Shown: in pieces, positions 9,826 through 19,282 of the stretch | Numbering within the stretch: position 1 is the stretch's first letter | How the letters are laid out: the number at the start of each line of letters is the position of its first letter | Assembly: GCA_963422265.1 (NCBI GenBank) | Contig: OY729416.1 | Coordinates: 96,001-160,000 of the forward strand | Direction: 5' to 3' | From: Thermodesulfobacteriota bacterium | GTDB lineage: Bacteria > Desulfobacterota_D > UBA1144 > Nemesobacterales > UBA2774 | DNA: 64,000 nucleotides | Notes under the pieces: model-generated | The model's input: only the letters and a program-made list of their open reading frames with translations | What the model was told of the DNA's origin: nothing | The model's database searches: none | Made by a program: the position numbers and the translations under genes

Positions 9826-10743
9826 TTGCAATTAATAAAACCCGGTACCCACATAGATTTTGTGGAAAAGATGGCCAGAACGGTGTTTTTATCCGCTGCC
9901 CTTATTTTTATAGCCATCATCTCGCTAGTCTATCATAAGGGACCCAATTGGGGCATTGAATTCACAGGTGGCACGGAAATTCACATAAAATTAGCTAAAG
10001 ATCTCAGTCCCAATAAAATTCAATCGGTCTTAGACAAAGTAGGCTACGTTCCTGACGCAGTGCAGAGACTTGGACTTGAAAGGGATAATGAATACCTTAT
10101 CAAGTTTTCACCTGACCTCGTGCAATTTGATCAGATCCAAGAATTTCAGAGCGAGCTCGAAGGAATAATTAAAGATAACCCCGATTTTCAGGGCGGGTCT
10201 ATTCTGAGAGTGGACTACATAGGACCCAGAGTCGGGAAAGAATTGATTAGGAAAGCATTATTGTCAATTTTGCTCGGCTGTGTGGGGATACTCATTTACG
10301 TAATGATCCGGTTTGAGGTTGGTTTCGCTATGGGAGCCGTCATTGCGCTTTTGCATGATACTATTATAACGCTAGGCGCGATTTCTATAACGAATAAAGA
10401 GTTTACGCTCGCCATTGTCGCTGCGCTTCTAACCGTAATTGGTTACTCCGTTAACGATACTATAGTCATATTCGACAGAATAAGGGAGAGTATGAAAAAG
10501 AAGGGCAAGCTGGGCTTTAGAGAGGTTGTAAATGAGGGAATCAATCAAACCCTCTCAAGGACAATCTTGACTAGCATTACGGTTTTTCTCGTCCTAATAC
10601 CCCTTTTTATACTAGGTGGATCCGTGATACATGATTTTGCGTTTACTCTCATTGTAGGCGCGATAGTTGGCACGTATTCTTCGATTTTCATAGCAAGCGC
10701 TTTCGTTGTTTACTGGAAAACTAGAAAAGACTCGGCAACATGA
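9826..10743 (+). CDS. secF: Protein translocase subunit SecF
   Basis: GIEFTGG, GYSVNDTIVIFDRIRE and GTYSSIFIA motifs. Confidence 0.97.
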   Translation: MQLIKPGTHIDFVEKMARTVFLSAALIFIAIISLVYHKGPNWGIEFTGGTEIHIKLAKDLSPNKIQSVLDKVGYVPDAVQRLGLERDNEYLIKFSPDLVQFDQIQEFQSELEGIIKDNPDFQGGSILRVDYIGPRVGKELIRKALLSILLGCVGILIYVMIRFEVGFAMGAVIALLHDTIITLGAISITNKEFTLAIVAALLTVIGYSVNDTIVIFDRIRESMKKKGKLGFREVVNEGINQTLSRTILTSITVFLVLIPLFILGGSVIHDFAFTLIVGAIVGTYSSIFIASAFVVYWKTRKDSAT

Positions 10744-10846
10744 GTTTCTCTTGTATTCTTTAGGCTCCCAGACCTTAAGCTACGGACTATACATGACGTT
10801 ATCCTTGTTCGTTATTAAAATAGTGTCTATTACTAGGACTTAGTCT

Positions 10847-11866
10847 ATGAAAGAAAAGCTCGAAAGGCTTAGGGCTCAGGCGATAGATGGGCTTAGCAAA
10901 ATTAGCGATGAAGTTTCACTTCAACAACTCAAGGCGCAATACTTGGGTAGAAAGGGCACCCTCACTGAAGTGGTAAAAGGCATAAAGGACGTTTCTAAAG
11001 AAGAACGTCCTGAAATGGGCAAGTTAATAAACGAACTTAAATCGCACCTTGAAAATTTATTTGATAGAAAGCAGGAGGATTTGGAAGAGGAAAAAGAAAG
11101 GCGTTCGATACAAGAGGAAAATATCGACGTGACGCTACCCGGCAGGAGCCTCCCACTTGGCGCCAAGCACCCAATCACTCAAGTGATAGAAGAGATAGTT
11201 GACATATTCGAGAGGATGGGATTCAAGGTCGCCGAGGGTCCTGAAGTTGAGATGGACTACTATAATTTTGAAGCCTTAAATATACCCAAAAATCACCCTG
11301 CAAGGGATATGCAGGATACCTTTTATATCTCAGATGAGGTTGTTCTGAGAACCCACACTTCCCCCGTGCAGATTAGAGTGATGGAAAAACAAGCCCCTCC
11401 CGTCAAGATCATAGCGCCGGGCAGGGTTTACCGCTGTGACAGTGACGTGTCTCACACTCCCATGTTCCACCAAATTGAGGGGCTTTTAGTAGATGAGCAT
11501 ATAAACTTTGGTGACTTAAAAGGGGTTCTCACAGAGTTTGTAAGGCTGGTATTCAGCAAAAATATAGGCGTTAGATTCAGACCTAGCTTCTTTCCCTTTA
11601 CAGAGCCCAGCGCCGAGGTGGATATACAATGTGTTATTTGCTTGGGCAAGGGGTGCAGAGTTTGCAAGGAATCCGGATGGCTTGAAATACTGGGTTGTGG
11701 AATGGTTGATCCCGAGGTGTTTAAGGGCGTGGGTTACGATCCTGAGAAATACAGCGGTTTTGCGTTTGGTATGGGGATTGAAAGAATCACAATGCTCAAA
11801 TTTGGTATAAATGATATAAGGCTATTCTTTGAGAATGACATAAGATTTTTGAAGCAGTTTACTTGA
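10847..11866 (+). CDS. pheS: Phenylalanine--tRNA ligase alpha subunit
   Basis: HPARDMQDTFY, RTHTSPVQ, FRPSFFPFTEPS and GFAFGMGIER motifs. Confidence 0.98.
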   Translation: MKEKLERLRAQAIDGLSKISDEVSLQQLKAQYLGRKGTLTEVVKGIKDVSKEERPEMGKLINELKSHLENLFDRKQEDLEEEKERRSIQEENIDVTLPGRSLPLGAKHPITQVIEEIVDIFERMGFKVAEGPEVEMDYYNFEALNIPKNHPARDMQDTFYISDEVVLRTHTSPVQIRVMEKQAPPVKIIAPGRVYRCDSDVSHTPMFHQIEGLLVDEHINFGDLKGVLTEFVRLVFSKNIGVRFRPSFFPFTEPSAEVDIQCVICLGKGCRVCKESGWLEILGCGMVDPEVFKGVGYDPEKYSGFAFGMGIERITMLKFGINDIRLFFENDIRFLKQFT

Positions 11867-11892
11867 CTCTTCTTTCTATATACTTTTGATCC

Positions 11893-12357
11893 GTAGGGGT
11901 GAGACTCTAGCGATGTCCTGAATTTGTTGAAGGATGGTTTTCCTATGACACAAGGATTACCCCTACGAATAAAAAAAAGGGCGGGAGGAGGATAAAGAAG
12001 GAATTCTCCTTCCCCATCTCCCCGTCAAATCCTCCTATATCCCCCTTTTCTAAATGGGGAGTATGTAAGGAAAGGGTTTCGTTCCCCGACCCCATTTCTG
12101 GATTCCCAATCTAGTTGAGAATGACGACAGCACCCTCTAACCAGTGTGGGAGAGGGGGAAAGACTAGATTCCTCCGCTACGCCCTTTGCAAGCTCTGAGG
12201 GTAGTAAAGGATACTCCCCTCCTTTTCTAAAGGAGGGTCAGGGTGGATTTTCTCTTTACCTGTAGGGAAGCGGGCGACCCTAGCAATATCCTGAACTTGT
12301 TGAAGGATGGACAACTTAAGGCGCAAGGGTGATGGGTAACCCAAGGGGTACCTCTAC
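11893..12357. repeat. REPIN-like unit (11893-11966) plus a full composite palindromic cassette (11990-12357)
   Basis: About 12010-12357 is the reverse complement of 42804-43150 with only scattered substitutions; also matches 38512-38746. Confidence 0.93.
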
Positions 12358-12432
12358 AGAAACGGATTAAACGCAGCCAGATTCTATACTCCCTTTACTT
12401 GCCATGCGCTTATTGTGATCTACACTTAGCGC

Positions 12433-12951
12433 ATGGAAACAATCTACTTAGGCATCGGATCAAATCTCGGTGACAGAGTGGGAAACTGCGCAAAGGCAAT
12501 TGACGTAATTTCACGATTCGCAAACCTACTGAAGGTTTCGTCTATGTATGAAACGGAGCCGATGGGCTATAGGGATCAGCCCGATTTTATTAACTGCGTT
12601 ATAAAAGTCCAGACAGAATTATCTCCCCGCGGACTTCTGACACATCTCAAGACAACGGAAAACGAGTTAAGAAGAATGCCGACTCACAGATGGGGACCAA
12701 GAGTAATAGATCTTGATATAATCTTTTTCGGCGCTCTTATTATGCAAGAAAGAGGGCTTGTGATTCCTCACCCAAGGGCTCACCTTCGCCGCTTTGTAAT
12801 AGAGCCACTGTACGAGATAGCTCCAGAATTTATTCACCCAGTATCTTTGCTCTCAATCTCCGAAATACTATCGGTTTTGGGGACAGCTGACAAGGTTAGA
12901 AAGCTTGGACGGGAATTCACAAGGCATCCACAGTATTCCACAGGTTATTAA
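12433..12951 (+). CDS. folK: 2-amino-4-hydroxy-6-hydroxymethyldihydropteridine diphosphokinase
   Basis: YLGIGSNLG, WGPRVIDLDI and IPHP..RRFV motifs. Confidence 0.95.
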   Translation: METIYLGIGSNLGDRVGNCAKAIDVISRFANLLKVSSMYETEPMGYRDQPDFINCVIKVQTELSPRGLLTHLKTTENELRRMPTHRWGPRVIDLDIIFFGALIMQERGLVIPHPRAHLRRFVIEPLYEIAPEFIHPVSLLSISEILSVLGTADKVRKLGREFTRHPQYSTGY

Positions 12952-13130
12952 CAGTATAGAAACAGCTTATTAATAGCACCGTTCACAGAATGACGCCTTG
13001 TCTTCACTATATATCTCTAATAATAACAGATAGTTACATCAATAAGATGTTACGATCCTTAGATGGTGTGTGCAACGCTTGCCTGCTTGTATCAGATTTG
13101 TCCACAGCCTTTCACAAGCTATGTGAAAGA
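12913..13130. promoter_or_regulatory. Cluster of DnaA-box-like 9-mers around an AT-rich core; candidate oriC or DnaA-titration locus
   Basis: Co-oriented 9-mers at 12913 GAATTCACA, 12924 GCATCCACA, 12934 TATTCCACA, 12945 TTATTAACA, 12956 ATAGAAACA, 12967 TTATTAATA and 12979 CCGTTCACA. A second group has 13098 TTGTCCACA, 13108 CCTTTCACA and reverse 13122 TGTGAAAGA. Confidence 0.6.
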
Positions 13131-13164
13131 GCAATGGAACAGGGAAGACGCGTCTGCGTAACCT

Positions 13165-14022
13165 TTACAATTCTTTGGAATAGTTACTTGCGGACTCGAG
13201 CGTGTTCCAGAGTAGCATGGATATAGTCATAGGTCCTACACCACCTGGAACGGGGGTAATGAACGAGGCTTTTTCCTTTACGCTTTCAAAATCGACGTCG
13301 CCTACAAGCCTACCTTCCTCGTTACGGTTAATTCCAACGTCGATAACTACCGCTCCCTCTCTTACCATCTGCTTCGTTATGAATTTAGCTCTGCCGATAG
13401 CCGCTATCAATATATCCGCCCTTCTTGTTACCTCATTTAGCCGCTGCGTCCGTGAATGGCAAACGGTTATGGTGGCGTGGCGGTGAAGAAGCAATACGGA
13501 TACAGGCTTTCCAACAATATTACTCCTGCCGACTATTACCGCTTCCTTGCCCTTAATATCTATATTATAGAAGTCAAGCATTTTAATTATTCCGTGAGGT
13601 GTGCACGAGATAAATCTAGGACTTCCTTCAACTAACAATCCCACGTTGTAGGGATGGAAGCCATCAACGTCCTTTAAGGGGGAAACCGCTCTAAGCATTT
13701 TTATCTCGTCTATGTGGTCGGGGAGGGGAAGTTGTATGAGAATGCCGTGAACGCTAGGGTCATCGTTGAGCCTTTTAATTAGATAGAGAAGCTCCTCCTC
13801 CGTTGTCTCTTGGGGCAGATTGTGTTCCTCTGAGTGCATACCAGCAGCGGCACAGGCTTTCCTTTTGTTTCTAACGTAAATTTCGGATGCCTGATTATTG
13901 CCAACCAACACTGCGGCGAGCCCCGGCGTAATACCCTTATCAATTCTAAGTTGCTCCACGCCTTCAGCTACCTCTGCCCTTATTCGCTCAGAGACCTTCT
14001 TCCCATCTATTATTGTAGCCAT
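13165..14022 (-). CDS. folD: Bifunctional methylenetetrahydrofolate dehydrogenase/cyclohydrolase
   Basis: YVRNK, QLPLP, KDVDGFHP, GRSNIVGKP and TPVPGGVGPMT motifs. Confidence 0.98.
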   Translation of the reverse strand: MATIIDGKKVSERIRAEVAEGVEQLRIDKGITPGLAAVLVGNNQASEIYVRNKRKACAAAGMHSEEHNLPQETTEEELLYLIKRLNDDPSVHGILIQLPLPDHIDEIKMLRAVSPLKDVDGFHPYNVGLLVEGSPRFISCTPHGIIKMLDFYNIDIKGKEAVIVGRSNIVGKPVSVLLLHRHATITVCHSRTQRLNEVTRRADILIAAIGRAKFITKQMVREGAVVIDVGINRNEEGRLVGDVDFESVKEKASFITPVPGGVGPMTISMLLWNTLESASNYSKEL

Positions 14023-14038
14023 TCTCTACTCCTTCTAT

Positions 14039-14839
14039 TTAGTTAAGTTTCCAATAGTGATTTAAGGGTCCCTGCCCTCTACCTAGATTAAATGAGCTTT
14101 TTATGGCGGAAGTTAAATAGCTTTTCGCCTTTCTTACGGCTTCTATGGGCTCTAAGCCCTTAGCCAGATAGGCGCAGATTGCGGCGGAATACGTGCAGCC
14201 CGTGCCGTGAGTGTTATTAGTGTCTATCCTAGAGGCTTTAAGCTCATGGAAATCCCCTCCGTCATAAAGCAAATCCGTAGCGTCGTCAACGCTTTTGACG
14301 TGCCCTCCTTTAACAAGCACAAAGTCAGGACCGAGCGATTTTATCTTGACGGCGGCTTTTTTCATATCGTCAATTGATTTGATCTTAACGCCCGATATTA
14401 TCTCTGCCTCAGGTACGTTAGGGGTTAATAAATAGGTAAGTTCCAGGAGCTCGTCTATCAATACCTTAGTTGCCTCTTCCTCCAATAAGATGTCCCCGCT
14501 TTTGGATTTCATAACCGGGTCAACAACCAGTTTGCTGATACCGTGCTCTTTAATCTTTTTGACTATGGACAATACTATTGCGCGGCTGGATAACATTCCC
14601 GTTTTTACAGCCTGAATCCCTATATCATTGATAACGGCGTCTATTTGAAGCTCCACAAATTTGCTTGGCAGATCGTGCGCTCCGAGAAAAGCCTCCGTAT
14701 TTTGCGCCGTAACCGAAGTAATAACGGACGCTCCGTAAACTCCGAGCGCAGTAAAGGTTTTAAGATCCGCCTGTATACCCGCCCCGCCTCCTGAATCCGA
14801 GCCGGCGATAGTCAAAGCTCGTGGAACGAACTCAATCAT
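14039..14839 (-). CDS. thiD: Hydroxymethylpyrimidine/phosphomethylpyrimidine kinase
   Basis: [19 protein letters not shown] and HGTGCT motifs. Confidence 0.97.
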   Translation of the reverse strand: MIEFVPRALTIAGSDSGGGAGIQADLKTFTALGVYGASVITSVTAQNTEAFLGAHDLPSKFVELQIDAVINDIGIQAVKTGMLSSRAIVLSIVKKIKEHGISKLVVDPVMKSKSGDILLEEEATKVLIDELLELTYLLTPNVPEAEIISGVKIKSIDDMKKAAVKIKSLGPDFVLVKGGHVKSVDDATDLLYDGGDFHELKASRIDTNNTHGTGCTYSAAICAYLAKGLEPIEAVRKAKSYLTSAIKSSFNLGRGQGPLNHYWKLN

Positions 14840-14964
14840 TGCGTCTTATTCTACAAAGGTTTCAAGACCTTTACAAACAAGTGATTGTCTTACTGGACTT
14901 AATGAAAAATGAATGTAATATAGTAGCAAAATTAAAATCTATTTCTAAAGGAGATATGGTGGTT

Positions 14965-15381
14965 ATGGTAAAGCTATCAGAAAATGATGAAGTTATTTTC
15001 CCCGAGTTGTTCACTATAGACGAATCTGGCACGGTAAGGCTTCTAGCAGGCTACTCAAAGGAGGCTGATAACTGGACGTTTCCAAAATATTTGGCGGATC
15101 CAGTAAGCTTTTCAGATGAGATAGAGGAAAGACCCCTGAGCCCTACGGGTGAGCTTCATTCCTTTACTATAGTCAGAAGAAGTATGCCTGAATTTCCCGT
15201 TCCTTATGCTCTTGCCCTTGTTGACTTTCCAGAAGGCGTAAGGGTAATGGCGCAGGTAGAAACGGACGATGCCGGGGCGCTCGAGCTTGGACAGAAAATG
15301 GGCGTAACCGTGGGCCGCGTAAAGAAATCAAAAGACGGAAAAGACGTTAAATCTTACAAGTTCTATGCAGTAAACAAATAG
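14965..15381 (+). CDS. DUF35-like OB-fold protein (acyl-CoA associated) lacking the zinc-ribbon cysteines
   Basis: GELHSFTIV...VPYALALVDFPEGVRVMAQV...LGQKM..YKF matches the DUF35 OB domain. SD AAGGAG at ~14948 favours GTG 14959 or ATG 14965 over the ORF-track start at 14821, which overlaps thiD. Confidence 0.75.
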   Translation: MVKLSENDEVIFPELFTIDESGTVRLLAGYSKEADNWTFPKYLADPVSFSDEIEERPLSPTGELHSFTIVRRSMPEFPVPYALALVDFPEGVRVMAQVETDDAGALELGQKMGVTVGRVKKSKDGKDVKSYKFYAVNK

Positions 15382-15446
15382 CCCCCAGTAGATAGAATTC
15401 CGATATACTTCAATTTAATATCGGGTCGTAGATAGAGGCTTTCTCT

Positions 15447-16442
15447 TTAACCTTCCGATACTAGGGTTTTTACGTTCTGGGTAAACGGTGGGAGAACGTC
15501 AAATAGATCTCCCACTATACCGTAATCGCACTTTTGAAAAATCGGCGCCTCTGGATCTTTATTGATAGCCACAATTACCTTGGACGACCCCATACCTGCA
15601 AAATGCTGTACCGACCCCGATATAGCGATAGCCACGTAGAGACTAGGGGAAACGGCTTTGCCCGTCTGACCGACCTGCATATCGTAGGGGCAATAGCCTG
15701 CGTCCACAGCGGCGCGAGTGGCGCCAGCCGCAGCGTCTAAAATGTCCGCAAGTTCGTAAACGTATCTGAAATTGTCCTCACTGCTCAGACCACGCCCACC
15801 CGATACGACCCTCTCTGCCTCTGCAAGCTCGGGACGTTCAGACTCTTTCGTCTTAAGCTCAATTATCTTCATCTTAACGTCAGCCGGATTGATTTCCACG
15901 CCCCCATCTATAATTTCAGGCGTCTTAGAATCCTCTATGATCTTAAAAGAATTAGGTCTCACGGTGGTCATCATCGGATAATTCTCATGGAACACCTGTG
16001 TGGGAATAGCCTTGCTAGAGTGAGAATAACGCTTAATCCGCAATTTATTGTCATCCGTCACATCTATTTTTATGGCGTCCATTGTAACTCCTGCGCCTAC
16101 ACGGGCGGCCACTCTGGGAAAGTAATCCTGGCCAAAAACGGTATTTCCCGCTATAACGATGGAGGGCTCGTGCTTTTTTATCAACTCGCTAAGGGCAATC
16201 GTATATGCCTCGGTATTAAAATTTTTCAACAGCTCGTTATCTATAACGTAAACCTTCTCCGCACCATATTCCCCTAGCTCGGGAGCGTGCGAGGATATCC
16301 CTGAGCCAAGCAGGACGCCGCAGAGCTTGCCTCCTAGCTTCCCAGCGATCTTTTCCCTGGCTTCGCTAAGAGCCTCAAACGTAACCTGTCTTATACTCCC
16401 GTCCAGCTTCGAATCCGCCACAATCCATACTTCGTTACTCAT
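15447..16442 (-). CDS. etfA: Electron transfer flavoprotein alpha subunit
   Basis: VVSGGRG, ATRAAVDAG, QVGQTGK, ISGSVQH and AINKDPEAPIF motifs. Confidence 0.96.
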   Translation of the reverse strand: MSNEVWIVADSKLDGSIRQVTFEALSEAREKIAGKLGGKLCGVLLGSGISSHAPELGEYGAEKVYVIDNELLKNFNTEAYTIALSELIKKHEPSIVIAGNTVFGQDYFPRVAARVGAGVTMDAIKIDVTDDNKLRIKRYSHSSKAIPTQVFHENYPMMTTVRPNSFKIIEDSKTPEIIDGGVEINPADVKMKIIELKTKESERPELAEAERVVSGGRGLSSEDNFRYVYELADILDAAAGATRAAVDAGYCPYDMQVGQTGKAVSPSLYVAIAISGSVQHFAGMGSSKVIVAINKDPEAPIFQKCDYGIVGDLFDVLPPFTQNVKTLVSEG

Positions 16443-16497
16443 GATATTCCTCCTACGATTTCCTTTTCGTAAAATTAATTTGTAAAATTAACCATCC

Positions 16498-16580
16498 GTA
16501 AAGGTAACAACCACGTTCCCCGACCTTTAGGTAGCACTAACCTTAGTGGCGTAGCGATCCTATTGAAGGGTAGTTACCCA
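16498..16580. repeat. Degenerate remnant of the GTAG-type palindromic element between etfB and etfA
   Basis: GTAAAGGTAAC...TAGCGATCCTATTGAAGGG.TAGTTACCCA resembles the modules at 6588-6667 and 11893-11966. Confidence 0.45.
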
Positions 16581-16596
16581 TCCCGAAACTCAACGC

Positions 16597-17436
16597 TTAT
16601 ATGACCTTAGCCTCTTCTCTTAAAACCTCAACAAGCTCACGCGCCGCAGAGGCAACCTCTTCCCCTTTAACCATTGGCTCTGCAGAACCCTTTATAATCC
16701 TTAACTTCCTTTCTATTTGAGGAATCTTTATCTCAATCGTATTGACCCTTGCTCCCTCTTTCCCTAAACTTTGTGGTGTTAGTCCTAATTCTTCCGCCTT
16801 AACGTCAGCGATCGTAACCGTCTTGAGTGGCTTTCTCTTTGCCTTCATAATACCTGGTAAAGAAGCGTATCTCGGCTCGTTCATAGCATCTGGACAGGTT
16901 ATAAGGCAGGGTAGCGGAGACTCTACAATAACGTGTCCACCATCTATTTCCTTCTGACACACGACTCTCTTACCCGACGGATCGATGCTGACAACCTTGC
17001 TGACGAGTGAGACGTGGGGTATATCCAACTCCTCGGCTACATGAATACCGACCTGCCCTGATTCCTCGTCTATAATTTTCATTCCGGTAAAAATAATATC
17101 AAACTCGTCCAGCTTCTTTATCTCGCTAGCAATAACCTTTCCTGTGGCAAAAGAATCCGAATCCGCAAAGCTATCATCACTAATATGAACGGCGCTATCC
17201 GCACCCATGGCGAGAGCCTGCCGTATGGTCTCAAGCGCTCTCGCGGGTCCCATAGCTATAATTACAACCTCTCCACCGTGTTTTTCTTTAGATTGAATAG
17301 CCTCTTCTACCGCAAACTCATCATATGGATTCATAACCCACTTCATTCCCTCTACATCTATAGAATCACCACTCGAGACTACCTCAATTTTCGCCTCCGT
17401 ATCCTGCGTTTGGCTTACTATTACAAGTATTCTCAA
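16597..17436 (-). CDS. etfB: Electron transfer flavoprotein beta subunit
   Basis: MNPYDEFAVEEA, ALAMGAD and NEPRYASLPGIMKAK motifs; TTG start with AGGAGG SD. Confidence 0.96.
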   Translation of the reverse strand: MRILVIVSQTQDTEAKIEVVSSGDSIDVEGMKWVMNPYDEFAVEEAIQSKEKHGGEVVIIAMGPARALETIRQALAMGADSAVHISDDSFADSDSFATGKVIASEIKKLDEFDIIFTGMKIIDEESGQVGIHVAEELDIPHVSLVSKVVSIDPSGKRVVCQKEIDGGHVIVESPLPCLITCPDAMNEPRYASLPGIMKAKRKPLKTVTIADVKAEELGLTPQSLGKEGARVNTIEIKIPQIERKLRIIKGSAEPMVKGEEVASAARELVEVLREEAKVI

Positions 17437-17587
17437 TTTAAGCTTACCTCCTGTTAAGGTTTAGGCTATTTCTGTATCCGAATCTTCTATTGCAATCTAA
17501 CCATTTGTTTTAGTATGACGATCTTCCGTGCAATCTGAAGAAGCTGATCAAACGCCGCGAGAACATGTAAAACAGCAAAGGGACACA

Positions 17588-17615
17588 ATTATAAGTTCTG
17601 ACTACCGATTGTCAA
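17588..17615 (-). promoter_or_regulatory. Sigma-70 promoter for etfBA
   Basis: Minus strand TTGACA (17615-17610), 16-nt spacer, TATAAT (17593-17588); both hexamers are perfect. Confidence 0.75.
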
Positions 17616-17634
17616 GCGGGAGGGAATTTAAGCG

Positions 17635-18063
17635 TTATTGTAGTCGTTTGCTCGATTCAAATTCGCTTAGCGGTATAGGGATTGGACAGGCATGATGAAG
17701 TGCTAAGTGCCACGAGGAATCTGAAAGCTCGTAAAGGTTCGTCGCTTGCGCGAATCCCGTTTGTATCTCGTCACCGACCTTATGGGATACTTCTTCAATG
17801 CACACCACCCAGGCGATCCGTCCCGATACCTCGACCTTAACGTCCGACAACGCTATATCCGTAGGGGCACCTGAATTAAATATGGCTTTCCAACTTTCTT
17901 TTATAGATTCCCACCCGTAGAGCATGGGCCAGCCCGGATGGACGCACTTTGCCCTTGCATCTTTGAGCCAAACATCCTCAATCAAGCCAACGTCACAAGT
18001 GAGAACTGCTTTATAAAAATTTGCGTTAGCCTTCAGTACCTGATTCTTTACATCTTCGGTCAT
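17635..18063 (-). CDS. SnoaL-like / NTF2-family protein
   Basis: ANANFY..., CVHPGWPMLYGWESIKESW, AWVVCIE, ATNLY and W..HHA pattern. Confidence 0.85.
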   Translation of the reverse strand: MTEDVKNQVLKANANFYKAVLTCDVGLIEDVWLKDARAKCVHPGWPMLYGWESIKESWKAIFNSGAPTDIALSDVKVEVSGRIAWVVCIEEVSHKVGDEIQTGFAQATNLYELSDSSWHLALHHACPIPIPLSEFESSKRLQ

Positions 18064-18101
18064 AATGAATTAAGCACCCTGCTCAGGGGCTCAAGTTTAG
18101 C

Positions 18102-19238
18102 TTAACTTCCCACAATATTCAAAATGGCTTCAATTTCATTTCTTACGCCCTCATCTGGTTCTTTCACCATAAGGTCAAGCAAAACTTCTTCTGCGCCTGA
18201 CCCTTTTATCCGCCACAAAGCCCATACGGCATGCGCCCTGATAAGAGGCTCTCTATCGCTTAAGCATTCTTCTACGCAGGGAAGGAATTTCTTTTCCCCT
18301 GAGTTGCCCATTGCTATTAATACGTTTCTTATAAATCCCTTTCTCTTAGTCCTCTTTACTGGACTGTCCTTGAACAATCCTCGAAAATCATCCGGACTAA
18401 GCCTCGAGAGGTAAGACAACTCAGGATTATACAGCCCTGTTCTCGGCGCAAACGAATCGTCTTGGGTAATCTGAGCTTTTTTGTTCCACGGACAAACATC
18501 CTGGCATATATCGCATCCGAATATATTGTTATCTATGCCTTCCCTAAGCTCTAGGGGAATTATACCCTTAAGCTCGATTGTTAGATATGAAATACAACGC
18601 CTGGAATCTAGCTGATATGGCTCAAGCAGGGCTCCCGTCGGACATGCGTCAATACACCTAGTGCACGTCCCGCACCTGTCAGGGGCGGGGGTATCATATT
18701 CAAGCTCAAGATTAGTTATTATTTCCCCTATGAACACCCACGAGCCTATATTTTGGTTAATTAAACACGCGTTTTTCCCTATCCAGCCTATACCAGCGTA
18801 TTTCCCGTATGCCCTCTCCAAGACAGGTCCAGTATCTACGTAATGGCGCAGATCAACGTCGTGGGGAGATTGCTCCCTAATGTAGCCCGCGAGCTTATCA
18901 AGCCTAGCCCGCATCAAATCGTGATAATCATCGCCCCAGGCGTAACGCGCAATCCAACCTCTCATCTTGTCGTCTTCGTCCGTTGAATATGGATAAGGCG
19001 TATTGTAGTTTGTCCCGCAGGATATTACCGACTTTGCGTCGGGGACAATCTGTCTGACGTCAGCCCTTTTAGTCGGATTCCTCTCCATGTATTTCATTTC
19101 TCCCGCGTGCCCTTTCAAAAGCCACTCCTTATAAAACTGGCTCTCCGGAAAAACGCCAATAGGAGAGATACCAACCAGATCAAAACCGACTTGGTAGGCT
19201 TCATTCTTGATAGACTCGGTAAGATGCAAGGGTCTCAT
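18102..19238 (-). CDS. queG: Epoxyqueuosine reductase
   Basis: ARYAWGDDYH, VDTGPVLER, GIGWIGKN, CGTCTRCIDACPT, CISYLTIE and FGCDICQDVCPWN motifs; C-terminal HEAT-like repeat. Confidence 0.96.
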   Translation of the reverse strand: MRPLHLTESIKNEAYQVGFDLVGISPIGVFPESQFYKEWLLKGHAGEMKYMERNPTKRADVRQIVPDAKSVISCGTNYNTPYPYSTDEDDKMRGWIARYAWGDDYHDLMRARLDKLAGYIREQSPHDVDLRHYVDTGPVLERAYGKYAGIGWIGKNACLINQNIGSWVFIGEIITNLELEYDTPAPDRCGTCTRCIDACPTGALLEPYQLDSRRCISYLTIELKGIIPLELREGIDNNIFGCDICQDVCPWNKKAQITQDDSFAPRTGLYNPELSYLSRLSPDDFRGLFKDSPVKRTKRKGFIRNVLIAMGNSGEKKFLPCVEECLSDREPLIRAHAVWALWRIKGSGAEEVLLDLMVKEPDEGVRNEIEAILNIVGS

Positions 19239-19282
19239 AGAGAATTATTTTATCATAACAAATTAAGATGAGTTTAGGGCTC

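Noticed and set aside
12990-13226. 78-aa ORF in the folK-folD gap
   Set aside because: It overlaps the DnaA-box cluster and the folD end, and has atypical composition.
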